Assembly (NCBI GenBank): GCA_048884965.1
Contig: JBHLQH010000009.1
Location: 32,001 to 96,000, forward strand
Length of the DNA stretch: 64,000 bases
DNA from: Candidatus Thorarchaeota archaeon
GTDB lineage: Archaea > Asgardarchaeota > Thorarchaeia > Thorarchaeales > Thorarchaeaceae
Direction: 5' to 3'
Shown: positions 18,464 to 27,748 of the stretch, one piece after another
Position numbering within the stretch: the stretch's first letter is position 1
How the letters are laid out: the number at the start of each line of letters is the position of its first letter
Translations under genes and position numbers: made by a program
The notes under the pieces: generated by a model
Told to the model about the DNA's origin: nothing
Databases searched by the model: none
What the model saw: the letters and a program-made list of their open reading frames with translations, nothing else

Positions 18464-19816
18464 GTGAATAAACCTCATCCATTAGAACTCTCTATCGGTA
18501 TGGAGAATTACAGCACCTCCTTTCGAGGAGTGGGAGGCAATCTGAAATCGCGATATGAGGATTTCATTGTAGAGGAGATTGACTCAGACCACCAAGTTGC
18601 CATGGCCAGTATCCCATTCGACGCTCCCTGTGTTGTTCCAGATCCACTGGAAATCCGCGGAGTGGAGAAGAAAGCAAGGAACATCCATTTCACCATGCAA
18701 AAAATGGGTATTGCTACTTTAGATGCAGCAAGTCTGTTGGCAGCCTCCTTGAAGATTTCGCGCCATATGGTGACCTATGCAGGTCTCAAGGATAAACGAG
18801 CATTGACAGCGCAAAGAATGGCAATCCCAAAGTTTGCAATAGACAAATTGAAAGAGCTCAGTTTGCATCGCATTTGGATCAGGGACCTTTCATACTCTAG
18901 GCGCTCCATCAACATTGGCGATCTCTGGGGCAACAAATTCTCGATCTTACTAAGGGATATGGATGTATCCTGTGAAGAAGCACTTGAGAATATTGCTGGC
19001 ATTCAAAACACTTCCATGATGAACTACTTTGGTATTCAGAGGTTTGGTGTTTCAAGACCCTTCACGCATTTGGTTGGCAGAGCTATCATCAAGAGAGAGT
19101 ATGAAGAAGCTATTGATTTGATTCTTACAGAATCAAGCAGATATGAGCCCCAACAGGTCGCTGAGATTCGCAGACGTATCAAGGATGAGGGGATTTCTGA
19201 GCGCTTGATCGAGGAACTCCCTCAAGATTTGAGGTATGAGAAACTGGTTGCTCGGAGTCTGCTTAAACATCCCGATGACTATCAACTGGCTTTCTCAAGA
19301 ATCACCCCTCGTATCCAGACCCTTTTCATACATGCCTACCAGTCCTATTTGTTCAATCGTACACTCAGTTTGAGGTTTCAGCAAGGTATGTCTCTATCTG
19401 AGCCAATGCCTGGTGATTTCCTTATTCGTCTCGATCAAGCACATACTGGACGGGATGATTGGATGTACGTGACGGAACGGAATCAAGAATCTCTTCTCGA
19501 GAAAGTCAAGTCGGGCGAATACGGTCTTGCAGGTACTATAGTAGGGTACGCATCCAAGATGCCTAACGCACCTCAATCTGATCTGATTCGTCGTGTCCTA
19601 AAAAGTGAAGGAGTATCTCTTTCCAGTTTTAGGAATGCTGATAATCAGCATCTGGATTCTCCTGGAGGTCTTCATCTGCTGGCGATAGAAATCCCTGACA
19701 TTGAGGGGTCTTGCACTTCTGAAGGATTGAGGGTTGAATTCAAGCTTAGAAAGGGATCATATGCTACGGTAGTACTTCGAGAATTGATGAAGAATAGCCC
19801 CTTGAATAGATCTTGA
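18464..19816 (+). CDS. truD: tRNA pseudouridine(13) synthase TruD
   Basis: EDFIVEE, YAGLKDKRA, GNKF, NYFGIQRFG, HAYQSYLFN, GSYATVVLRE. Confidence 0.95.
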   Translation: MNKPHPLELSIGMENYSTSFRGVGGNLKSRYEDFIVEEIDSDHQVAMASIPFDAPCVVPDPLEIRGVEKKARNIHFTMQKMGIATLDAASLLAASLKISRHMVTYAGLKDKRALTAQRMAIPKFAIDKLKELSLHRIWIRDLSYSRRSINIGDLWGNKFSILLRDMDVSCEEALENIAGIQNTSMMNYFGIQRFGVSRPFTHLVGRAIIKREYEEAIDLILTESSRYEPQQVAEIRRRIKDEGISERLIEELPQDLRYEKLVARSLLKHPDDYQLAFSRITPRIQTLFIHAYQSYLFNRTLSLRFQQGMSLSEPMPGDFLIRLDQAHTGRDDWMYVTERNQESLLEKVKSGEYGLAGTIVGYASKMPNAPQSDLIRRVLKSEGVSLSSFRNADNQHLDSPGGLHLLAIEIPDIEGSCTSEGLRVEFKLRKGSYATVVLRELMKNSPLNRS

Positions 19817-19817
19817 G

Positions 19818-20399
19818 CTACCGTGTTCGTGTTGAGAATTCCCTAAGCCTCTCACCAAACATATCAGCTTCGGATTCCTCATCCTTCTCAATTCGTTCAT
19901 CTTGATACTGAAATATAACCGATTCGCCGGTCACAGCAGTCGTTATAGCTCGTAGTTCCTGGTTTGAATATTTGATTCTCTGCCTATCCTCAGGATTCAG
20001 CATGACGATGTTCTCTTTGATTCCATTTGGCAGATACAGACTATTCACTCCCACTTCAATAGCTGGCTGAATCAGTTCCCTAACGATGGTTCTCAGCTTT
20101 GCTGGTCCTTCAACAATCAATGTCTTTCCATAGGTTTCATCAATAGCTTCCATGATAGGCTCATGCTCAAGCAAGATATCCTTGTTCTTCTTCTTGACAA
20201 CAATGATTAGAAGATCTTTGGTCCTTATTGCCCGTAGAAGATTCAATTCATCGAGATCCGGATAATCTTTTGCCGCCTCAAGAAGCCACTTACTGAACTC
20301 AACATCAAAAGATGTGATCTCTCCATTATCAAGGCGATCCTGGCAATTAGGACATAACATATCTGATTCAATGTCAAAAACACATACAGGGAGTCGCAT
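19818..20399 (-). CDS. NusA-like (zinc ribbon + KH-like) archaeal protein
   Basis: PVCVFD...LCPNCQ N-terminus; lies downstream of alba, as is common in archaea. Confidence 0.7.
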   Translation of the reverse strand: MRLPVCVFDIESDMLCPNCQDRLDNGEITSFDVEFSKWLLEAAKDYPDLDELNLLRAIRTKDLLIIVVKKKNKDILLEHEPIMEAIDETYGKTLIVEGPAKLRTIVRELIQPAIEVGVNSLYLPNGIKENIVMLNPEDRQRIKYSNQELRAITTAVTGESVIFQYQDERIEKDEESEADMFGERLREFSTRTR

Positions 20400-20472
20400 C
20401 TAATATTCCTCGTCGAACTTGAAATTTATGATATCCAAGCTCGGGAGGAGCTTCTTATGAGACTTCCGAACA

Positions 20473-20784
20473 TTACCTTGTTAGTACTATATCAATGGTT
20501 GAAACGTTCAGGTCACTGCCCTTGTCAGTTTGAACAGTGGTGGTTCCAATTTGAATATCTTTGACTTTGACATCATCAAGAAATCGATGACGTGTTATCT
20601 CAGCAACATCAACGGCTCTACTGATCAGTCTCCCTCTTGCTCGAATTAGGACTTCTGTTGACCCTTTGTTGAAGAGCGTCACACATGCTAGAACGTAGCT
20701 CATGACGTTTTTAGAACCAACCAGTATCGTAGAATCTCCGCGGTTGTCGCCATCATTGTTTATCTCTTGTCTATCCTCCGCCAC
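20473..20784 (-). CDS. albA: DNA/RNA-binding protein Alba
   Basis: [37 protein letters not shown]. Confidence 0.95.
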   Translation of the reverse strand: MAEDRQEINNDGDNRGDSTILVGSKNVMSYVLACVTLFNKGSTEVLIRARGRLISRAVDVAEITRHRFLDDVKVKDIQIGTTTVQTDKGSDLNVSTIDIVLTR

Positions 20785-20978
20785 ACAATGTCTCTCCAGT
20801 TGCTGTGGTAGTTCAGCGCATGAAGTACTATCGGTAGCAATAGATATAGATTTCGATTCCTTGGTTGGTACTCATCCTTGAGTACAGCACTTGTTCAAGC
20901 TAACTTGAACACCGAATGCCCTCATTCGCAAGCTTTTTCATCAATAGACGTTGGTCGAGGACTGGAAGTTACAAATAG

Positions 20979-22247
20979 ATGGCACAACTAACCTGTCTGG
21001 GTTCCTGTCGTGAGATTGGCAAGTCCGCCTTTCATCTCGAAGAAAAGAACGAAAGCATGCTTATCGATTATGGAACCAAATTCACAAATCCCCCGACATT
21101 TCCTGATATGCTCCCCACAGACAATCTTCAGGGTGTAGCAATCACACACGCTCATTTGGATCATTCGGGAGGCATTCCACGCATATTAGCCGCAGATGAT
21201 AACATCTCTCTCTTTTGCACCCCAGCTACAAGAGATCTCTGTATTCCCCTTATTCGTGATATGTACAAGATCTCAGGTGGTAGGATGCCATTCACAAGAA
21301 ACGATATCGCCAGAATTAGAAAGCAATGTCAACCGACTGCATATGAGGAAACCGTACCTCTAGGCAGGAAGTTCGAAATGACCCTCTTCAATGCAGGGCA
21401 TATTCCAGGAAGCTCTATGGTATCTATCCGCTATAATGGAAAGAGAATTCTATTCACTGGGGACTTCAATGCAATCGAATCTCGCCTTAATAGTGGGGCT
21501 AGGATCAACCTTCCCAAACACGACATAGTCGTAAGTGAGAGCACCTATGCTCGTCGTCTAAATCCTGATCGTGAAGAGATTGAAGAGGCACTGGTTCAGA
21601 CAGTTCTTGAAACAGTAGAGCGGGGTGGAATCGCTCTTATTCCAGCATTCGCTGTTGGGCGTAGTCAAGAAGTGATGTGCATATTAGAAGAACATGGCAT
21701 ACCTTCAAAGTATCCTATCTATGTGGACGGAATGGCTCGTAAGGTAAATGAAGTTGTTGTCAAGCATCCCAAATACATTAGTTCTCCTCAAGCATTCGAA
21801 CGGGCAGTACAACGCGCAAAAATCGTCTATGACCGGAGGGATCGCGATAACGCAATGAAGCGACCTGGTATCATAATTTCTCCTGCTGGAATGTTAAAAG
21901 GTGGCGCATCACACCATTATTTCAAGATGGTCCACGGAGATAAGAAGAACAGCATAATCTTGGTCAGCTTCCAGATTCCTGGTACTCCTGGGGCTGAGTT
22001 GCTTTCAAAGAAGCAAGTATCTGTAGGCCCTGTAGAATATAACGTGAAAGCAGATGTTCGGTATCACCACCTTAGCAGTCACTCCGACGCGAAAGGGCTC
22101 ATGCAGATGCTTCAAAGCATTCCTGGAGACCCCGAGTTCTATTTGGTACATGGAGAAAGCGAATCCTGTGATGCGTTAGCGGCGAAGTTGGAGAAGAAGG
22201 GGCGAAAAGTGACCATTCCAGAAACAAATCAGTCTTTTGAGGTATGA
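20979..22247 (+). CDS. Beta-CASP metallo-beta-lactamase ribonuclease without KH domains (aCPSF2-like)
   Basis: THAHLDHSG, NAGHIPGS, ESTY, PAFAVGRSQE, SSHSD, LVHGE. Confidence 0.88.
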   Translation: MAQLTCLGSCREIGKSAFHLEEKNESMLIDYGTKFTNPPTFPDMLPTDNLQGVAITHAHLDHSGGIPRILAADDNISLFCTPATRDLCIPLIRDMYKISGGRMPFTRNDIARIRKQCQPTAYEETVPLGRKFEMTLFNAGHIPGSSMVSIRYNGKRILFTGDFNAIESRLNSGARINLPKHDIVVSESTYARRLNPDREEIEEALVQTVLETVERGGIALIPAFAVGRSQEVMCILEEHGIPSKYPIYVDGMARKVNEVVVKHPKYISSPQAFERAVQRAKIVYDRRDRDNAMKRPGIIISPAGMLKGGASHHYFKMVHGDKKNSIILVSFQIPGTPGAELLSKKQVSVGPVEYNVKADVRYHHLSSHSDAKGLMQMLQSIPGDPEFYLVHGESESCDALAAKLEKKGRKVTIPETNQSFEV

Positions 22248-22262
22248 CCCGGCTTACCGAAT

Positions 22263-22466
22263 CTAAAGTTCAGGCCTATCCTCAGAAGGACCTCGATCTA
22301 CTCTGCGCATCCTTAGAATATTGAATGCTATAACCCCCAAGAAGATAGCCACTCTAAATATGATATCAATAGGAATGAAGAAGATAACTAATACTAGAAG
22401 AATTCCTATTGTCGCATGTGTCAAGAGGTTTTTCCAATCAGTCAGATAGTTTCTTAGAGATTCCAA
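22263..22466 (-). CDS. Small two-TM membrane protein
   Basis: 67 aa with two hydrophobic helices; upstream GGTGAG SD-like sequence. Confidence 0.6.
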   Translation of the reverse strand: MESLRNYLTDWKNLLTHATIGILLVLVIFFIPIDIIFRVAIFLGVIAFNILRMRRVDRGPSEDRPEL

Positions 22467-22566
22467 AACTTGTATGATACACTCACCGCTAAGTCACGGA
22501 ATGAGTTGATGCTTTCCTGTTGTCTTTCAACTACAAAAATCAGATACTATTGAAAGTCTGAGGCTA

Positions 22567-22785
22567 CTATTCCTCTTCTTCAGCCTTTGGTCTAGCCTCG
22601 ACGACGTTGCATTTAATTCTTGATCGAATCTCTTCTGCTTTCTGGGGCTCTAAGATAATCGTGTAGAGGTACTTGGCAGTACGTAGTTTGTATTTGACGT
22701 GATCTGAACCTCTCTTGATACGACATTCAACAGCGTCTTCAGTCATTTCAAGGAACTTTTCTACATCATAGATTTGTTTTGGCAT
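22567..22785 (-). CDS. rpl38e: Ribosomal protein L38e
   Basis: MPKQIYDVEKFLE...KYKLRTAKYLYT. True ATG at 22785; the ORF-track extension runs through the tRNA. Confidence 0.9.
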   Translation of the reverse strand: MPKQIYDVEKFLEMTEDAVECRIKRGSDHVKYKLRTAKYLYTIILEPQKAEEIRSRIKCNVVEARPKAEEEE

Positions 22786-22815
22786 TTTTCTAGCCCCGTT
22801 CTGTTTGATTTGGGA

Positions 22816-22891
22816 TGGTGGGCCGAGAGGGAATCGAACCCCCGATCCCCGCCGTGTGAAGGCGATGTCATAACCACTAGACCACCGGCCC
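22816..22891 (-). tRNA. tRNA-Val(CAC), intronless, CCA encoded
   Basis: GGGCCGG acceptor stem, TGGTCTAGTGGTTATGAC D arm, TCGCC-TTCACAC-GGCGG anticodon arm, GGGGGTTCGATTCCCTC T arm, ends ACCA. Confidence 0.96.
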
Positions 22892-22910
22892 ACACGTATG
22901 AGTCAGGAAA

Positions 22911-23066
22911 TTACTTCTTCCTTCGCTTTGGCCTGAGATCCTTGTTCTTACACTTCCTGCACTTCTTGGCACCAAGTGGGTTTGTTGCTCCACATGTGCG
23001 GCATACCGACTTGTATAGCAAATAGTGCTGTGCGAGTCTTCGTTTCTCAATGTCGGAAACTGGCAT
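22911..23066 (-). CDS. rpl40e: Ribosomal protein L40e (51 aa; not in ORF track)
   Basis: Manual translation [51 protein letters not shown]; CxxC...CxxC; GAGGT SD. Confidence 0.95.
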   Translation of the reverse strand: MPVSDIEKRRLAQHYLLYKSVCRTCGATNPLGAKKCRKCKNKDLRPKRRKK

Positions 23067-23175
23067 TATTAGGACCTCATTTGTTTGAAATAGTGGACAA
23101 TATGTAGTCCGCTCTCAGGCCAACCGCAAGACTATGAATATAAACCTGTTCCTCTGGTAACAGAAAAAGGAAGCT

Positions 23176-23197
23176 TGCTGAGGGAATTCCCTCAGCA
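23176..23197 (-). terminator. Perfect 22-bp palindrome, sucCD terminator
   Basis: TGCTGAGGGAATTCCCTCAGCA, followed on the minus strand by AGCTTCCTTTTTCT. Confidence 0.7.
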
Positions 23198-23213
23198 TGA
23201 CTTGAGTAGTGCA

Positions 23214-24083
23214 CTAAAGCAATTCTTTGAGGATTCTTGCAACGTCACTAGGTTTCTCGGCTACTTGGATTCCAGCAGCGTTCATTGCCTTGATTTTAGC
23301 ATCTGCAGTGCCAGTGCTGCCGCTGATTATCGCGCCTGCATGACCCATTCTCTTTCCTGGAGGTGCAGTTCTGCCTGCTATAAAACCTACCACTGGCAGG
23401 TCATAGTGTTTCTGCACATAGGCTGCCGCTCGCTCTTCAGCATCTCCACCTATTTCTCCGACCAACACTAGCGCTTTGGTATCCTTATCTGCCTTGAATA
23501 GTTCAACCGCCTCGATGGTGGTCAGACCCACACATGGGTCGCCTCCTAGTCCAATCGCTGTGGAAATGCCAACTCCTGCATTTGTCATTCCAGCAGCTAT
23601 CTCATACGTAAGAGTCCCGCTCCTCGACATCAGGCCGACATCACCATCGGAGAATACATGACCTGGCATGATGCCTAGCTTTTGCTTGGCACCTGGAGTG
23701 ATGATTCCCGGAGTGTTTGGACCAATGATAGAAATCCCTTTGCCCTTCGCGGCATGGATGATCATCATCTCATCCTGCACTGGGACATGCTCAGTAATCA
23801 GTACGACAGGATTCAAGTCATTGGCAATGGCCTCTAATGCTGCATCACCTGCGAAGGGTGCTGGTACGAAAATTACGGAGGCAGTAGCATCTTCAGCTTC
23901 CTTTGCCTCTCTTACACTATCATAGACAGGGATTCCATGTACTTCTTCGCCCTTCTTACCTGGCGAGGTTCCAGCAACGATCCTAGTCCCATACTCTAGC
24001 ATGGCTTGGGAATGAAAAGTGCCTTGGGAACCAGTAATCCCTTGAATTACTACTCGTGTGTTCTTGTCTACCAATACTGCCAT
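23214..24083 (-). CDS. sucD: Succinyl-CoA synthetase alpha subunit
   Basis: QGITG, IGPNTPG, SRSGTLTYE, GEIGG, RMGHAGA. Confidence 0.96.
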   Translation of the reverse strand: MAVLVDKNTRVVIQGITGSQGTFHSQAMLEYGTRIVAGTSPGKKGEEVHGIPVYDSVREAKEAEDATASVIFVPAPFAGDAALEAIANDLNPVVLITEHVPVQDEMMIIHAAKGKGISIIGPNTPGIITPGAKQKLGIMPGHVFSDGDVGLMSRSGTLTYEIAAGMTNAGVGISTAIGLGGDPCVGLTTIEAVELFKADKDTKALVLVGEIGGDAEERAAAYVQKHYDLPVVGFIAGRTAPPGKRMGHAGAIISGSTGTADAKIKAMNAAGIQVAEKPSDVARILKELL

Positions 24084-25229
24084 CTATTTCGCCTCCTTAA
24101 CGAGTTCTACCACCTTTGAAGCAGCTTCTTCCATCGTCTTGAGGAATGGTATTCCCGCCGTGCTCAAGATTTCCTGTCCTTGTTTTTCATTCGTTCCGAC
24201 CATTCTAATTACAAGTGGAACGTCAATTCCTTCATCGTCACGAACTGCTACGATGCCTGCTGCAACATCATCACATCTTGTGATTCCTCCCATGATGTTG
24301 ACCAAAATTGCCTTCACCTTATCGTATTGCAATGCAATCTTGATGCCCTTTTCGACTCTTTCCTTGTCAGAACCTCCTCCAAGGTCCAAAAATGTGCTTG
24401 CTTTCCCTCCGTATAATGAAACAGCATCAAGAGTTGCCATTGTCAATCCTGCCCCGTTACAGATGCAGGCTATATCACCATCTAGCTCAACATATGCCAT
24501 GCCTTCCTCTGTAGCTACTCTTTCTCGCTCATTCATCTCAGCTGGCTCTCGCTGTATTCGTTCAATGATGTCTTTGTGTCGATAGAGTGCGTTATCATCA
24601 ATATTGAGTCTGGCATCTGCTGCTAAGAATCTGCCATCCTTTGTTAGGATTAGGGGATTGATCTCTGACAGCTCCACATCGTACTTGTCCACTATTTGCC
24701 AAAGCTTTTGGAAGAAACTAGCAAGCCTATTGATATCCTTCCCCCTAAAACCCATCTTGATTGCCATATCTCGGGCTTCATATGCTTGGAAGCCTAGGAA
24801 TGGATCGACGTGATACTTGATTATCAACTCCGGGCTTTCTTCTGCAAGCTCCTCAATTGACATTCCACCAGCGGCACTACCGATCATTACATACTTCCTT
24901 TCGTTTCGATCGACGGTTATTCCAGCGTATATCTCCTGATGGATGTCAAGCTTCTCCTCTATCAATACTGACTCAACAGGCAGATTGTTGATTCTCATTG
25001 CTAGGATTTCTTTGGCATGGTTCGCAGCTTCCTCTGGAGTGTCTGCGAATTTAACGCCTCCTGCTTTCCCCCTCTTTCCAGAGAGTACCTGAGCTTTGAC
25101 AACTACAGGCTTTCCGACTTCAGCTGCTCGTTGTTTCGCCTCTTCGGGAGTTCTGGCAACTCCTCCAGGAGGTGTTGGCATGCCAAAGGCACGGAAGATT
25201 TCTTTCGCTTCGTGCTCGAATAGCTTCAT
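24084..25229 (-). CDS. sucC: Succinyl-CoA synthetase beta subunit
   Basis: MKLFEHEAK, KAQV..GKRGKAGGV, EINPL, NGAGLTMAT, GGITRCD. Confidence 0.96.
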   Translation of the reverse strand: MKLFEHEAKEIFRAFGMPTPPGGVARTPEEAKQRAAEVGKPVVVKAQVLSGKRGKAGGVKFADTPEEAANHAKEILAMRINNLPVESVLIEEKLDIHQEIYAGITVDRNERKYVMIGSAAGGMSIEELAEESPELIIKYHVDPFLGFQAYEARDMAIKMGFRGKDINRLASFFQKLWQIVDKYDVELSEINPLILTKDGRFLAADARLNIDDNALYRHKDIIERIQREPAEMNERERVATEEGMAYVELDGDIACICNGAGLTMATLDAVSLYGGKASTFLDLGGGSDKERVEKGIKIALQYDKVKAILVNIMGGITRCDDVAAGIVAVRDDEGIDVPLVIRMVGTNEKQGQEILSTAGIPFLKTMEEAASKVVELVKEAK

Positions 25230-25309
25230 GGGTTCATACCTTCTATCAGGGGGAATTGGCGACTTGACCCCCAGCACGAACCCGCATCCATCCTTTGATA
25301 GTAAAAAGG

Positions 25310-27514
25310 TTAACTGAATGCATCAAGTATCTTCTTCAAGTGAGTATCCATTGCCTTGGCTTGTTCTTTCAGAGTCTTTTGCTTTTCATCAATCAGTCCC
25401 AATAGAATCGAGTTGAAGTATTGCAGGTCTTCAAGGCAGTTTTCCATCGTTCCTGGAGTATCCTTGTCGCAGAATTCTATAGGTTTCCCATCACTCTCTC
25501 TCACTATCTTCAGAATTCGTTCCCATTCGTTTCTAGGCACTAGAGAATGTGCTTCTGCAAGCTCGAGCAATATCCTACTAAGATCCACTTTTGCCGTAGA
25601 TAGGACCTTCATGACTCTCTTGGCATCTTTCACAGGTATTCCAAGAAGGGTCACATTCTTCCCTAGTTCTGTACAGTCTATTCTCTTCTCAACTCTATAG
25701 ATAAGTCCAGTTTTCTCAAGCTCATCAAGGATTTCCAAACCCGCTAGCGATTTACGAATAACTGAAAGTGCATACTGTGCGATCTCTTTCTTCTCTGATG
25801 CGTACTGCATGAACTTGACTAGGTGTTTACACAACCGATGCCGTCGAATTCCCTGATACTTCCAAGATTCACAAGTACATGATAATCCTTCATCGTCTCG
25901 AAGTATCACGTGGTGCCAGAGGTCTCGGCTCTCGCTGTGGATAAGACCTTCTATTTTCCTTGGAGTGACTGATACTAGTTTCACGCTTGAGTTTGGAATC
26001 TCATTCGCTCTAGTAATTGTTGATCTCACTGCTCTTTGACTAATATGAGACCTAATCGATTTTGCTTCGTCTGATAGTGTAGATTCTTTCCCTTCTCTTA
26101 CATTTGTTGAAACTGCCCAGTATGTTCTGTTTACCACGGCGAATGGATCGTCAGTGCCATCCTTGGATGCACATAACTCACCCATTACAAGGTCCTGAAT
26201 ATTTTCCGGATCATCCATATTGCTGTCGACTTCACTAAGTAGAGGTACGATGCTACCATCTGTATTCGTGTGGAAGTACTTTGATATGACTCGCTTTCTC
26301 TCTGCATCATTATCTACAACGACTATCCCGAAGGCTCTATTATCAAATCCTCGCCTTCCTGAAGAATATAGGACATCAGATAGCTGCCATTCAGAAATTA
26401 GTGTGAACTCTCCTTGCTCCTTCTGTTCACCGATCTCTTGCATGTAGACTCCTATGACGAACACAGTATATGCCTTCAGACCACTGGCAACAGCGAAACC
26501 GGTAGGCATAACAAGAACAGGAAGTAGTCTGCTTTCCCACGCATTTGAAATTATCCTTCTTTGTTCACGTGATAATCCCTCGTGGAGGAATCCAACTCCT
26601 TTTCTAAGATTTTTGGCTATCTTCTTGGAGATATCACATGCTGGATAGTGCTTCAGCACATCACTGGCAAGTTCACGAAGTTCCTCTAGATGCCCGAGGG
26701 ATAGCTTCAGGTCCAGTTTATCAGTTCCAGCCCTACCCTCGACTAGAATCGACGAAAGTTCTTCAGCGGCGCTTGCGCCAGCGCTTAGTAATAAGACTTG
26801 ACCTTTCTTTGTCATAGTGAATTCTGTTAGTTCGGTGAGGGATTCATACACATTGTCGAATGATTTGACACTGAAGATTCTCTGGATATCCGCCTTCATA
26901 TCTTCAATAATATCCGATTGTAGCCAGAGTTGTAATGCATCAATATCTGCAACAGGTGGACATACTGAGATGAACTGAATATCTTCGCTTGCTCCTTTAA
27001 TCGTAACAATTGATTTCTCCAATAGCACTCCGATGTTTGGTTGACCTATTAGATCAAGCCTATCTATGAGGACCGACTGTACATCTCTCAACAAGTCAGG
27101 CTGGGTTCGCAACGCTATACTGAAAGATCTGTAGGTTGCAACAACGACTCTACCCATCCTTCCAATAGGACTCAACGCAGCTCGACGTCTTGCTATGATG
27201 GTGGTTTCTATTCCTAGACGTGTGCATCTTTGACTTACTGAGTGGAATCGTTTCTCAGCATGATGCGGATTGGGGCAAAGGATAATCACTCTCGCCCGAA
27301 AATCTGATGATACATGATTCAGCAAAGCAATCTCTGCTATTTCATATGCTTCGTCATAGTCATGTGTTTGGAGAATTTGACTCCTCCCTCTGATGATTCC
27401 TCCTACTACCGCCTGTTTCTGGAACTCCGTAAGCTGAGCAATCCCTTGTCTTCGAAGCACTTCAAGTAGACGAGGTGATGTTTGAACAAGTTCGAGTTCC
27501 CTTAATGTACTCAA
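25310..27514 (-). CDS. Inactive Hel308/Ski2-like helicase derivative with inserted SWIM zinc finger
   Basis: Q motif LTEFQ, no Walker A, IDRLD for DExH, GVGFLHEGL, SGRRGFD; CTC-x13-CKH SWIM; TELG winged-helix remnant. Confidence 0.75.
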   Translation of the reverse strand: MSTLRELELVQTSPRLLEVLRRQGIAQLTEFQKQAVVGGIIRGRSQILQTHDYDEAYEIAEIALLNHVSSDFRARVIILCPNPHHAEKRFHSVSQRCTRLGIETTIIARRRAALSPIGRMGRVVVATYRSFSIALRTQPDLLRDVQSVLIDRLDLIGQPNIGVLLEKSIVTIKGASEDIQFISVCPPVADIDALQLWLQSDIIEDMKADIQRIFSVKSFDNVYESLTELTEFTMTKKGQVLLLSAGASAAEELSSILVEGRAGTDKLDLKLSLGHLEELRELASDVLKHYPACDISKKIAKNLRKGVGFLHEGLSREQRRIISNAWESRLLPVLVMPTGFAVASGLKAYTVFVIGVYMQEIGEQKEQGEFTLISEWQLSDVLYSSGRRGFDNRAFGIVVVDNDAERKRVISKYFHTNTDGSIVPLLSEVDSNMDDPENIQDLVMGELCASKDGTDDPFAVVNRTYWAVSTNVREGKESTLSDEAKSIRSHISQRAVRSTITRANEIPNSSVKLVSVTPRKIEGLIHSESRDLWHHVILRDDEGLSCTCESWKYQGIRRHRLCKHLVKFMQYASEKKEIAQYALSVIRKSLAGLEILDELEKTGLIYRVEKRIDCTELGKNVTLLGIPVKDAKRVMKVLSTAKVDLSRILLELAEAHSLVPRNEWERILKIVRESDGKPIEFCDKDTPGTMENCLEDLQYFNSILLGLIDEKQKTLKEQAKAMDTHLKKILDAFS

Positions 27515-27748
27515 CGCGGCGTATCTCCTGCTGTAAAATGCGCAATTCTCTCTTTTAGTGTCTTGTATTTCTTAGCTATCTACAAATAATCGATATTATG
27601 GAGTATTTATAGTAATTTGTCACGAAAAATGGTAACGTTTGCGAATCCTGTGCTATCAGTTACTCCTACCCCTGTTATTCGCACATAACATAAGAGTAAT
27701 TATTGTTTAAAATCGCAATTTGTACCATCCTATGACCAAGACAGGCAC

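Noticed and set aside
22786-22893. N-terminal extension of the 108-aa ORF 22567..22893
   Set aside because: It is the tRNA-Val sequence read in frame; L38e similarity begins at MPKQ (22785).
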